DNA of 64,000 nt from assembly GCA_964016885.1 (NCBI GenBank), contig OZ024743.1, positions 299,708,001-299,772,000 on the forward strand, in the 5' to 3' direction. The notes under the pieces are model-generated. The model made no database searches. It saw only the letters and a program-made list of their open reading frames with translations, and was not told where the DNA came from. A program made the position numbers and the translations under genes. Within the stretch, counting starts at the first letter, position 1, and each line of letters begins with the position of its first letter. Shown here in pieces: positions 28,034-42,685 of this stretch. The DNA comes from Eledone cirrhosa (lineage: Eukaryota).

Positions 28034-28135
28034 TATATATATATTTATATATATATTTATATATATATTTATATATATATATTTATATATATATTTATAT
28101 ATATTTATATGTATATATAATATATATATATATAT

Positions 28136-28520
28136 ATTAATAAGAGGAATTCCAACTTTGTCTGATTTACTCGTTTTATTTACAATCCTTTAAAATTTAT
28201 AATGGTATTATAAGGAAATAGTATGATAGAATATTAAATTCTAAGTGTTAATAGAACAAGTACTTTCATGCTTTCGCAATCTTCAGGTTCATAATATGTG
28301 GTGACAGTCAAGTTTGCAATTTTCAACTGTTGAAATTTGCAAACTTGACTGTCACCACATATTATGAACCTGAAAATTGCGAAAGCATGAAAGTACTTAT
28401 TCAATTAACACTTAGAATTTAATATTCTATAATACTATTTCCTTATAATACCATTATAAATTTTAAAGGATTGTAAATAAAACGAGTAAATCAGACAAAG
28501 TTGGAATTCCTCTTATTAAT
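28136..28520. mobile_element. ~385-bp near-perfect palindrome with a hammerhead in each arm
   Basis: Centre at ~28328 (TTTCAAC T GTTGAAA) with only a few arm mismatches. Confidence 0.85.
28254..28290 (-). ncRNA. Minimal type I HHR (mutated mirror copy 28366-28402, + strand)
   Basis: GAAC-CTGAAGA-TTGC gaaa GCAT-GAAAG-TA-CTT-GTTC. Confidence 0.7.
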
Positions 28521-28554
28521 ATAATCTTCTATACACAATCATATACACCCGTGT

Positions 28555-28660
<106 letters not shown>

Positions 28661-29120
28661 ATATGCAAAGTTTTATTTAAATTGTTGGGTTACAACGAGT
28701 AAATATTTATAACTGATATAAAAGCACTCAACAAGTATTTGGAGTATATTTACGATATTAAATAAATGGAAACTATATTTATAAAACCATATTTATTTCA
28801 TTATATATATTTCAGGGATATCATATTAAAAATACGGTATGCCTTCATCAGACAAAATACAATATAAACAGTCTTATAAATAGATAGATTTGACATACCT
28901 TACAACTTCAACTTCCATTTAAAAAGTTGATTTGGTAGTGAAAAATGTTAGGGACAGTTATAAAAAGAAAGAAAGAAAGAAAAAAAGCGAAGAAAAAGAA
29001 GAAATGCATGCAACGAAAAACTGAGAGAGATAGATATAGAGAGATAGATAGAGAGAAGAAATTCATGTAAAGAAAAAACAGAGAGAGATAGATAGAGAGA
29101 GAAAAAAAACATAGAGGGAG

Positions 29121-29171
<51 letters not shown>

Positions 29172-29537
29172 AGAGAGAGAAAAAATAGAGAGAGATAGAT
29201 ATAGATAGAGATAGAGAGAAAGAAAATAGGTAGTTGGGCACCAGTTGAATGACGTATCAATGATATATTTATTTATTTATTTATTTATTTAGTTCTAGTA
29301 TTAAGGTAGAGAGAGATATATGTGGTTAGGAGAGAAAACAGCGGTTACATAGAGAGAAAAGAAAAGTATCCAGAGATAAACGAGGCAGATTTAAAACATT
29401 ATGTTTCATCAATCTAAAAATATCAATTCGTATGAATTAGGTATTATAATGTAAATATCAGTATTCATGAATGAGACACGTATCAATAATGTGTGAAAAA
29501 TAATGATCATATGTCTAGTTTAAAATTCCTAACCTCA

Positions 29538-29622
29538 GAACTGAGGTAAAAAAACTGAGATAAAAAAACTGAGATAAAAAAACAGATAAAAAACTGAGAT
29601 AAAAAATCTGAGATAAAAAACT
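29538..29622. repeat. Minisatellite (AAAAAACTGAGAT)-like in the PLE-B 3' UTR
   Basis: About 6 imperfect copies. Confidence 0.75.
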
Positions 29623-30300
29623 TAAAAAAAAATTGAAATACATAAGTATATATGTACTTTCATGAAAAAAGAAAAAGAAAATAGAAGGTTATCCCAGATT
29701 CGATACTATAGACATCCATGTGAATTTACGTGATCAACTCTGCAAATTCCTATTTCACATGAAAACATTCTCATTGTGCTATAAAAATTCTAGTATACAT
29801 ATATGTGTACATACACACAAATATATATAGAATCTACATTAATTTTAACAATACTATTCTTGTCTTTACTCTACATGATTATCGTTCAAGCATAAATATA
29901 CAACAGCTATCAATATATCAATAAAAATATTAAAAATTAAAAAATATTAAAATAAAACACAGTATGCCCCGCAAATCAACCACAGAAATCAACCCTTCAA
30001 AATTAATTGACAATATATTGCCAAGTTCATTATAAGCATCAGAATCAAAAGCAAACAAAACCAAAATTATTTACCAAATCCTGTCTAGCAGAAATCATTC
30101 CAAAAGTTTAGGATACCCATTTGATCTACAGATGGTCTTATATTTATTATAAAAGTTTATCTAGTGTAAAATGTATTCGATATATTTGGAGCATCAGCTT
30201 TTAGGGTAGTTTAATTATTCATGAAGAATGTTTAAAAAAAAAGAAATCGAAAAATTTATCGGCGAGTTTCATAAATAATTACAAATCATAAGTAAATATA

Positions 30301-32521
30301 CTACATTTTAAATTTATATTTATATTTAAAAGTTGAGTTCAATCTATGTCTGCAGCAACTGAATAAATTTGTCCGTAAATTAAGGGAATTTTTAGATTTT
30401 AGTATAAAGAATATCTCCTCCGCGCAGAGGTCACATGTCTCAGAAGATGAATTAAAAGGAATCCCTCTTGAGACTATATTCCAAGCCGTCGAATATCCAA
30501 CGTTATCATGCTTAAGTTGCCAGAGTAAGCCTGATAGTGATGTTGAAGATTTTTTGCTTGGATCTGTGAAAGAAATCTTGTGGTTATTATAGCGAAGTTT
30601 AAATTGTCGAGGTGGAACCAACATAGTTAAAAGAATTTAAGTCCGTTTTAACATTACAGTTGTATATTATATTTTTAACTAAGCAATTGTTATTTAACGG
30701 ACATTTAGATCTATCACTAAAGTTACATTTGTTTACTTGGATATTATTTATGCTATTATCGTTATTTTGGCTAGGTTTTAAATTCCTATTATTTATTCTA
30801 TTAATATTTTGTGCTAAATTTTTGGTGGATGAGTAAGTTAATTTTATAGTATGTCTATTGAAAATTGAGTGATACTTATGTGGTCTAGGGAAGCGATTAT
30901 CAAGAGCATTAAAAAATAGTTTAGCGATGTGGGTTTTAATGTTTAGTGAGAAAGGGGGGGCAAACCATATTATATTCCTAGTTCTATTTCTTTTTTGGCT
31001 TTTGGAATTATTGTAATGCTTTCTATTATAGTTGTTAAAGTTGTTGCCGTAATTAAAATTCTTGTTATTTTGGTTAGTTTGTCTATTATTATCTATGTAC
31101 ATAATTTTATCACTATATCCTGCTCTAGCTAACGCTTCATTGTAATACTGGGCTTTTTCGTCGAAAATCTTTTTATTAGATGAGATTCTAGAGATACGTT
31201 TTTGCACAGAGTTCACTATAGTATTTTTAACAGATCTGGGGTGGTTAGAGTTAAAACTGACATAGTTTAAGTTTTCATTCAACTTGTGAAATGGATAGTG
31301 AAGACATGTGTTGAGATTTAATGTTACATCTAGGAAATTGACTATTCTATGGTTATTCTCAATTTCTATTTTTAGATTAAAGTAATTAAAAAATTGTGTA
31401 CTTTGTTTTCTTTTTCTATTTAGTTCAGAGATATTATTTTCAATAAGTAAAAGCATGTCATCTCTATATAATCCTCCGGTAGCACCGGGTATTTTCCTAT
31501 GCAGCGAATTGATTATAAATAGGCCCACAAGGTCAGTTACCTGAGCCGAGTCGGATGATCCCATAGTAATGTCGAAATTGTTATCTCTATCTGCTCTGGT
31601 CCATAGTTGATTATTAAATTCTATCAATGTTTTCCTAGCCGATAATATAATGTGCATTTCATTGCTAGTTAGGTCTGTACGTTTGAATGCGTAATTTAGT
31701 GCCTTATTTAGTAGATTAGGGGTAATAGATGAATAATAGTTAGCAATATCTAATTGAATAAATTTATTATTATTGTTATATTTAATTTCTTTAAACCACT
31801 CAATAACCTCTCCAGTTCCCTTCCACAAGCTCAAGTTAGGTAAACAATTCAAGTTTTTAATTTGCTGTATCACCCTGTCTAGAATGTTTTTGCTAAGTTT
31901 ACCCAGGTCAGGTTTTGATGGTGCAATCAATCTGACTGGCAGGTCATTTTCAAAATTTCTTTTGTGATCTTTCATATTGATCTTGGGTTTCCTGGGCACG
32001 AAAGGTTGTGTTTTGTTCTCAATTTCCAACTCATTCATTATACAAGATGCCTCAACATTCATTTTCTCAAGCTCGGCCTTATCTGCTACCTTGTACTTTT
32101 TCCTCAGTTCTTTCAGTATGAGGCCATTATACATGTCTTTTTGCACTCCATAGAGGTTGTTGGTCTTGTCAGATTTCACCAAGATCTTCTCAGTTTTCTC
32201 TAAGCTCTCAATATTATCCTTAATGCCTTTCAGATATTCCTGGCCTTTGAAGTTTCTCTTGAATCTGACTCCTTGTATGATAGAAATTATATCGTTTTCA
32301 AAGTCAAATAAAAGTTTGTTGGGGGGTGGATTTTTTTTAGATTTGAAAACTTTGTCTAAGTCCGAGACATTTTCATTTATATTAGATTTATCAAAGTGGA
32401 ATGCACGCCACCTGATTCTCCTTATAAAAGAGTCCGATTTATCTATTAATTGTTTAATAAAGTCTTTGTTTCTAGGTAGAGGTATGTCTTTTAAAGAGGA
32501 AGAAATCTTAAAGAATTCCAT
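30301..32521 (-). pseudogene. PLE RT plus GIY-YIG ORF with a single frameshift near 30610
   Basis: SLKDIP, FIRRIRW, SDKTNNLY, KDHK, LDIANYYSSI, MGSSDSA, GLYRDD, FLDVTL, IIWFAPPF, CPL...NIIY...YVGST; then in another frame FKLRYNNH...CDLC...LN.R...CRH. Confidence 0.9.
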
Positions 32522-32665
32522 TTTTTCAGTTATAATATAAAGCGCTCAACAGTATTGGAGCAAGATATATGCAAAGTTTTATTTAAATTGTTGGGTTACA
32601 ACGAGTAAATATTTATAACTGATATAAAAGCACTCAACATATATATATATATACATAAAAGCACT

Positions 32666-32696
<31 letters not shown>

Positions 32697-33641
32697 GTAA
32701 AGGGTAACCAGAAATAACACAATCGGTACAGTATATGGAAGGTATGTATTAGGTTAACGCTTGATATAACAGGAAGATATATATATATCTACGTGAGCTG
32801 ATAATCTACTGTGTGTAATATTTATATTACAATACAACGGAAAATACTGTATATATATATATATATATATATATAACATGTAATTTCATTAATATATGTC
32901 TGTATGTCAACCACGTAAATATATTTTGTGATATTTTGGTAATATTTATGCCAATGTAAAATGACTTGACCTCCGTGTATTTGTTACAATGGTGTAGATA
33001 TTTTTTCAACACTATTTAGTTCTATATGATTTTTTCTTACCCTGTGTAAAACTTTATACTATTTGTTAACCTTGAATTAATTATATATATGATGTCATTT
33101 TCTATATCTTTTGATGCCAATATATTATAATATTGTTATTATAATGTTATTATAATGTTTTTATATTGTTTATGCACACTGACAGCGAATTATATATTAT
33201 ATATTTTTTTTATTTTTATCTTTATTCTTATTTTATCTTTATTATATTATACTGTAAACAATATATACATATATATTTAAATACTTAATAAGTGTTAGTT
33301 TGTACTAATGTATATATGTATATATATATATATATATACATATATTAAGCTTTTTATTATCACCATCTATTATACTATATTATATTCTATATCGTACTGT
33401 AATTCTCGCATTATATTGCCATTTGTGTTTCAAGTTTTTGCATTATATAATATTTACAATGTGGGTTCAACATGTTAATCACTTCCTTGCTATTTGGTCT
33501 ATATCTATGTTTGTAACTGCTCGCTCTTAATCTTAGCCTACTTTTCCTTGATATCCTTCCTAGGCTTTAATAAATGTATACTCCATATTCTTCTGAGTTT
33601 TTGGCTTGTATTAGCCGATAGTGCTTCTTGTAGCTTTACTT

Positions 33642-33679
33642 GCCCTGATGAGTCCTTAATAGGACGAAACATTGTTGGC
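33642..33679 (+). ncRNA. Minimal type I HHR in a solo pLTR/3'-UTR-like segment (about 32880-33830)
   Basis: GCC-CTGATGA-GTCCT taat AGGAC-GAAAC-ATT-GTT-GGC followed by AATAAA. Confidence 0.85.
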
Positions 33680-35513
33680 TAATAAAGACTTGTGATGTAT
33701 TGAAGGCTTCTTTGGTTTATTTTTTATAATTCTTCGGCTCTGTTTAATTACATTGAACTATATCTTATACTGTCATTTCTATAATATGAAGAGTGTCTTT
33801 AACTCCAACACACTCTAGTATTTTAATTCTTATATATATATATATATATATGGCGTTGTTATTTGACGTTGTAGAAAAGAGCAGTGGCCTTTGACCTGGC
33901 AATAAAAAGTGGAGACAAAATTATTTTTGTACCAAAAACAAGGCACACACAGACACACACACACATTTGTTTGTGTGTGTGTGTGTGTGTTTGTGTGTGT
34001 TAGTGTGTGCGCGCGTATTTGTGTGTGCGTGCGTGTGTGTGTTTCTATATGTATATATATATAAGGGATGCAGATATTGTTTGTTCACTGTCACTGAGCA
34101 TCTCAATTCATTCGTTGCAACTTAGTTTGTGATCGCCTCGATCACAAACTTTATTTTGCAAGGTACTATTTTCACCTTGAGTTTGTGATTCAAGAGAAAG
34201 GTAAGCATTTCGTCATAATTGGCATCTTTTGTATTTTGACTTCACAGTTTGAATTGTAGACTCGTCTATCCATCAAAACATTACAACAGCTAACAGTGAA
34301 ATATAGAATTTAAAAGAAAAAGTCCTTTTCGACTGAGATCAAATCTTTGAAAACATTCACGTCTTTTTTTTTAAAATAGATAATTTAAAATAGTTTTGAA
34401 CTGAAACCTTTGTGTATTTAATTCGTACGAGTATTTTTTCAAGATCTTTTTAAAGATTCTAACATAACTTGATTTGACCCAGTAATCTACGGATATTAAA
34501 ATCAGTAGTATATTAAAAAATGGAAAAATATGGCAGGGGGGCGTTTCGTGATTTTGAGGGGCAGAATGGGGCGTTCGGCCGAAATGGGTTGAGAACCTTT
34601 GACTTAGATCATTTTCCCTATTAACATATGTTTCCCACAATATAATTACTTCTGATATGGTTGACCGAATATATATCTCTGAAATCAGAAAAATAATGGA
34701 ATGTTAAATGGTCTCGCTGCGTTCCATGCCTAAAATCAACATGCAATTAACTGTTTGTTTCACTGTTGGTTCATATCCACTCGAATAATAATGCGTTGGT
34801 AAAATCGCTTTACCAACGTGAATGCCTTGGTGAGATCGACTAACAATACAGCCAAGGAACATTTATTTTAAAGTGCTGACATCCTGACGTTTGATAAACG
34901 ATGTAACACAACAATTGTGTTCATATACATAAAATTGATCATATACTACTAAGGTATATTTTAGAATATACATTTAATAATTTACCACAATACCTGAAAC
35001 GACGATCGAACAAACGCTATTCAAATATAGAAAATGATTTTACTCATACGCTATTTCCAATCCACTTTAATATTCGCTTTCCTTTCCTCTATAGCTGTCA
35101 TTCGGCTTAAGTTGCACTCTTTTTCTCTGCATGTGACCTTAGCAGAAACTACTTCCGATAACGCTCATAGTCACACAAGCAGGTTGATAATGTCTTAAAT
35201 GACCGAGTACAATAGATACAAAAGATAGGAGAATAAAGTGGTTACCCATTTAACAAAAGAGGTAGGTACAACAGGCTTCAAAGGAGTCATTTATCAGCTG
35301 TAGAATGCTGTGCCTGGCTGCCTTCCAACTTAGTGATGGCCGTTGGCGAAAAGCCATTTTACATGGTAAGACAATAATTCAATGTAGTTTTAGGATTGGA
35401 AATATAGTTTAGGCGGATGGGTTGTGCTGGGAGAGAAATACCTTACGACTAAATAAATGCGTTCAGCAACAGGAAATACTGATTTTCTTTTTATTCACCG
35501 TTTTCTTTCTTAT

Positions 35514-35525
35514 GCTGCTACTGCA

Positions 35526-35582
<57 letters not shown>

Positions 35583-35641
35583 GCTGCTATTGCTGCTGCT
35601 GCTGCTGCTACTATTAATAATACTACTGCTACTACTACTAC
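35514..35641. repeat. (CTA)n/(CTG)n microsatellite
   Basis: Seen directly. Confidence 0.95.
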
Positions 35642-35672
35642 TCACCGCCATCAATATGTTTATCAACATCAT

Positions 35673-35703
<31 letters not shown>

Positions 35704-35764
35704 AATATAGACACACACACACACATACATACTTTCCTATACCCAATATTATTACTATTATTAT

Positions 35765-35958
35765 TGGTGGATTGGCAGTATCGGTAGAGGGTCGGGACGC
35801 CATGCTTTGAAGCATAGAGTTACCTCCCTTTATGATCTGAGTTCAAATCCCGCCGAGGTTAACTTTGCCTTTCATCCTTACGGGGTCGATAAAATAAAGT
35901 ACCAGTAATACACTGGGAAAATTGCTGGCCTTGTGCCAAAAGTAGAAACAATTATTAT
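35765..35958 (+). mobile_element. tRNA-derived SINE (Meta-domain-like)
   Basis: TGGCAGTATCGG (A-box-like), GTTCAAATCCC (B-box), GCCTTTCATCCTTACGGGGTCGATAAAATAAAGTACCAG, (ATT)n tail. Confidence 0.85.
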
Positions 35959-35979
35959 TGTTATTTTGGTTATTAATAC

Positions 35980-35980
<1 letters not shown>

Positions 35981-36014
<34 letters not shown>

Positions 36015-36158
36015 ATTGTTGTCGTTCTTCTTCTTCCTCTTCTTCTTCTTTTCCTTCTCCTTCTCCTTCTCTCCATTCTTCTTCTTCTTCTTCTTCTTCT
36101 TCTTCTTCTTCTTCTTCTTCTTCTTCTTCTTCTTCTTCTTCTTCTTCTTCTTCTTCTT

Positions 36159-36188
<30 letters not shown>
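35981..36188. repeat. (TTG)n/(TTC)n microsatellite
   Basis: Seen directly. Confidence 0.95.
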
Positions 36189-36189
<1 letters not shown>

Positions 36190-36642
36190 TTCCTATACCT
36201 TTTTCGATAACTCTATCATATACATTTTTCTCTTAAATCATTTTCATCATCACCGTCATCAACGTCATCATCATCATCAACTTCTTGTACATCATCTTCA
36301 CATAATTCCATCTCCATTATATCAGTTACATTTCGGATTTTCGCATTTGCAAAAATAATGGGAATATATTATCCGCTCTTCTTAACAAATAAATTTAATT
36401 ATATGAGTAGATGGATAGGATTTAGTATGATGAATGAACGATATATATATTCTCATTCTATTTCTACATTACGTTGCAGCATTTTCTTTATCCCGGGAAC
36501 GAAAATAAGAACTCCTGTTGTAAGATTATTATACAATGATATCTAACGCTACAAACTATTTTCCACGTTCCTGTGATACAAATGGAGCTGATGATTGATT
36601 AGTATATATATATTAGTATATACGTATACACACACAGACCCC

Positions 36643-36697
<55 letters not shown>

Positions 36698-37214
36698 CAC
36701 ACACTCACACACACTCATTCACGCACACACACACACACATACACACACACATACACATTCTTATATACACACGTGTTCACAGCTTTATTCTTACAAACGC
36801 ACACTCACAGACACGTGTAGCTCTATTACAAAGTTTTTTTCCTTTCAGATAGCAGCGCGCGATCGCCACGTGTCTGAGAAAGTATCGCATACTAGCTGCC
36901 AGCAGCATAAACAATTTTCAAAGAATGGCAACATGAATGAACCTGCTATTTTTCTCTAAAAAATTGTTTTTCTTTTCCACCTTTCTCGTCTTCTCAATCC
37001 TTTTATAACTTCTTTAATTTCCCATTCTGTTTTCTAAGGTATCAAGCGTAACACTAATAATATATTTCTTCATTGTACTCTGTCGTTTGCTCTCTTATTT
37101 CTGCTGGCCGTTTGCATATATATATATATATATGTTTATATATATATATATAACTAGTGAAAAACGTGTCGATTATATAATAAATATTTTATATATATAT
37201 ATATATACATATAT

Positions 37215-39259
<2,045 letters not shown>

Positions 39260-40679
39260 TATATATATATATAATGAATATGGACTCTCTCGACACGCGT
39301 GCTTTCAATGTCCACACTAGAAACTTCAGCGTTAATCTGTCTTGACTTCATCACCGTGCGAGGTTACTGAACAACGTGTTGCACAAATGATTTGTTTGAA
39401 ATGTATTAAGTCTACTAATCTGTGAAACATGTATGAAAGCCTAATACTAAGAACAATGTTAGTAAATGAAGAGCTTTTGAATGTAACAAATTGATCACAT
39501 TGCAATATAAAGGATCACATTTAGCTAATCTAACCAACAATAATGGTATAGAGGTCGGACGAATAGTAATACTACTGTTATTTGTCTAAACTTCTGAACG
39601 TAACCGGAGAAAGAAGTGCTATGTTGCAGTAGGCACTGCGGGAAAAATCTGAAAAATCTGTTTGATTATTATATGATTATTATACCTAGACCCGAATAAC
39701 CAGAAATACAAATTAATCGTTTTCTAGATATACAGACATATGATTGACTAAATTTGGGTGTTTGGCTATTTAACCTGCAATTGAATATCTTTATGAATGA
39801 TGGTGTTACTAATCAAATAGCGTTGCTATTGAATATAATTTCAAAACTATGAACTTCCCAATGCTATTGTTGTTACATATGAACATTCAGATATTGTCAA
39901 CAAAGTTTGCACTGGGTGTCTTGACACTTAGACAGAGTCCGTGTATCCCGAAATAGTATTATTTTGTTTCATAAAAACATCATGGATAAGGTTATAGAAA
40001 ATTATCTAAACGAATATACCGAGAATCACGATACAAATTTGGATGGTTAGGAGGTATACGAAAACGCCAGTTCAAGTTCGAGATTCGAGACAGACTTCGC
40101 TATAATGGAAATGTCACTCCATATTACAAAAATATATTCATGAATAAATACATCTCAAGGTGTGAAGATTTTCTCCAGAATTTATATTTGGGTAAGAAAA
40201 ATTATATGTTGATTTATGTCTGATAAAAATAGCACATCATGTAGGTAAGTAATATAGCTCGTCTTCTTCCATTGTACTCTATGTACTTTTCATAGCATGG
40301 CAGTACACTGATAATCCTAACTGGCTCTAAATATCAACCGGCTTTAACAAATGATTTGTTGTATAGAATAGAAATGTTGTCTTTTAGCAAAGAATTTCTA
40401 GTTGTGACTAGCATTTACTCAATCATCACATATTAGCAAAACTACTGAAAAATAATAGTCACAACATTATACACAATTCTAATCGAATAATATTTTCATA
40501 TGCAAGAAAAAATGCTAAAGAACTGGTCGCAAGTGACGGATAGCGGTGAGGCCAACATATGTTTACTTGTAGATGACGGATGAATGAGCTGCCATGGAAC
40601 AACAGTGGTAAACTACTAGGGAAGATGGAGCAATGGGTGACACCTCTAGCTCCAAAGAAATCTCTTACAAAGCAATATG

Positions 40680-41082
40680 ATCGCGAATACAAGTGGCCGA
40701 TACGGGTGTTCCTCCGCAGGATCTCTGGAGTAGCGTTACTCGATAAAGTGCGTAGCTCAAAGATATAGAGAGCCACGCCATGTAGAGCCGCTACTTTTTC
40801 CGAATTGAGAGATCACAGCTCCGATACTATGGGAATGTGGTTACAATGTCTCAAGAAAGAATCGCTGGGTAGATTTTACGGGCCAAACCAACCGGTAGGA
40901 GACCCAGGTGTATTTTCCAAGCAAATTGATTGAATAACTACCATAAGATTTGCTCGTCTTGCTTGAAAATCCAGCCGGATCAGTTGGAGGCGGTTACTTC
41001 TGACAGGATCTGATGGAAGGATTGTTTGGGGACACTGCTACCACGAACCTCCCAGGAATAAGTGAGTGAAGAAGAAGAAGAA
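40680..41082 (+). pseudogene. Decayed RTE-group LINE 3' end
   Basis: FLRRISGVALLDKVRS, EPLLFRIERSQLRYYGNV, PTGRRPR; (GAA)n tail. Confidence 0.7.
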
Positions 41083-41817
41083 ATATTATTCTCACGAGAA
41101 AAGGCCGTGATTCAGCGCAAGGCAATATACGAAAAAAAAAGAAAGTCTAGGCATCATCACCGTCTCAGTAAGGCCAAGTAAATGAGGGGGAGATCGAAGA
41201 AAAAAGTGGAATAATATGTTGGAAAATTCGTTTGAAATGGTTGTTAGATTGTTAGTTTAGTACATCGGAAGTGAGAGTTTGTTTACCTTGAAATATTTGT
41301 AAATAAATAAGAATTAACGTAAAACACATTTTATAACGCAAGAGGAATTGATTTGCATCTGCTGCATTAACTGAAAGTATGTTTATAGAAACATATGCTA
41401 CTAGCTGCAGGGCAGCTCTTGCATAAGAAGGTTTTTAAACATGGTTTTGGTTTTTGATTTAATTATATCACTACATTTGCTTCGGAAAAAAAAAAACATG
41501 TCTAAGAGATGAACAACAGAATATCGTATTTTACATTTTCTACACACTGATAAATTTTCAAGGAGAACCACATCGTGACAGTCTAGTTTGTATACCAGAA
41601 ATATAGACATGCCTGAACACAATATTCTAACTATGCAAAAGAGTTATTTTGTAAGTGGAAGAAAACGGAAAGCTAGTATTCCGTATATGCCCTTCAAGTT
41701 CAAGCATTCGTTTTATTTTTCTACTGCATTAACACCATGTTATGTTATGCTAATGCATGATATAACATAAACTTCTAAACTATTTTGTTTTAATCTCTGT
41801 ACATTAATAATATCACA

Positions 41818-42010
41818 ATAATTGTTTCTACTGTTGGTACAAGGCCAGCAATTAGCCAGTGCATTACTGGTACTTTATTTTATCGACCCCGTAAGGATGA
41901 CAGGCAAAGTTAACCTCGGAGGAATTTGAAATCAGAATGGTAAGGGCCGGAACTCTATACGTCAAAGCATGGCGTCTGACACTCTACCAATACAGCCAAT
42001 CTACCGCCCT
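41818..42010 (-). mobile_element. tRNA-derived SINE (Meta-domain-like)
   Basis: Reverse complement matches the 35765-35958 family. Confidence 0.8.
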
Positions 42011-42210
42011 TAATAATATCACAATAATGTTGATTAATTTGTAAAACATATTTCTTAAATATTTTTCGGATGCTCAGAAAAATAACTGCCAAGCGAAGAA
42101 CATAATGGTGTTTCAAATTTTATTTGCCATCACTTTGCCTCATTTGCACAGATACTTAGACAACAGCATTCGTATATTTTCTACTCAGGCAGAGCACATT
42201 TAGGGAAATA

Positions 42211-42214
<4 letters not shown>

Positions 42215-42289
<75 letters not shown>

Positions 42290-42291
42290 AA

Positions 42292-42325
<34 letters not shown>

Positions 42326-42329
42326 AATG

Positions 42330-42427
<98 letters not shown>

Positions 42428-42435
42428 AATGTATA

Positions 42436-42519
<84 letters not shown>

Positions 42520-42614
42520 AATGTATATATATATATATATATATACATATATATATAAATATATATATATACATATATATATATATAAATATATATATAT
42601 ATAGATAGATATAC

Positions 42615-42673
<59 letters not shown>

Positions 42674-42685
42674 TATAAATATATA
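42215..42685. repeat. (TA)n microsatellite bounding the satellite
   Basis: Seen directly. Confidence 0.97.

Larger units (their letters stand above)
28661..32638 (-). mobile_element. Penelope-like element PLE-B (Hydra-clade-like), full-length ORF region with terminal direct repeat
   Basis: 72-bp direct repeat 28661-28732 = 32567-32638. Degenerate HHR at about 28796-28858. Flanked by (TA)n on both sides. Confidence 0.88.

Noticed and set aside
34520-34602. hAT-like terminal fragments (also ~23290 and ~27310-27336) and a mariner-like end at ~11935-11953
   Set aside because: Only single ends are visible, with no matching TIR pair or TSD established.
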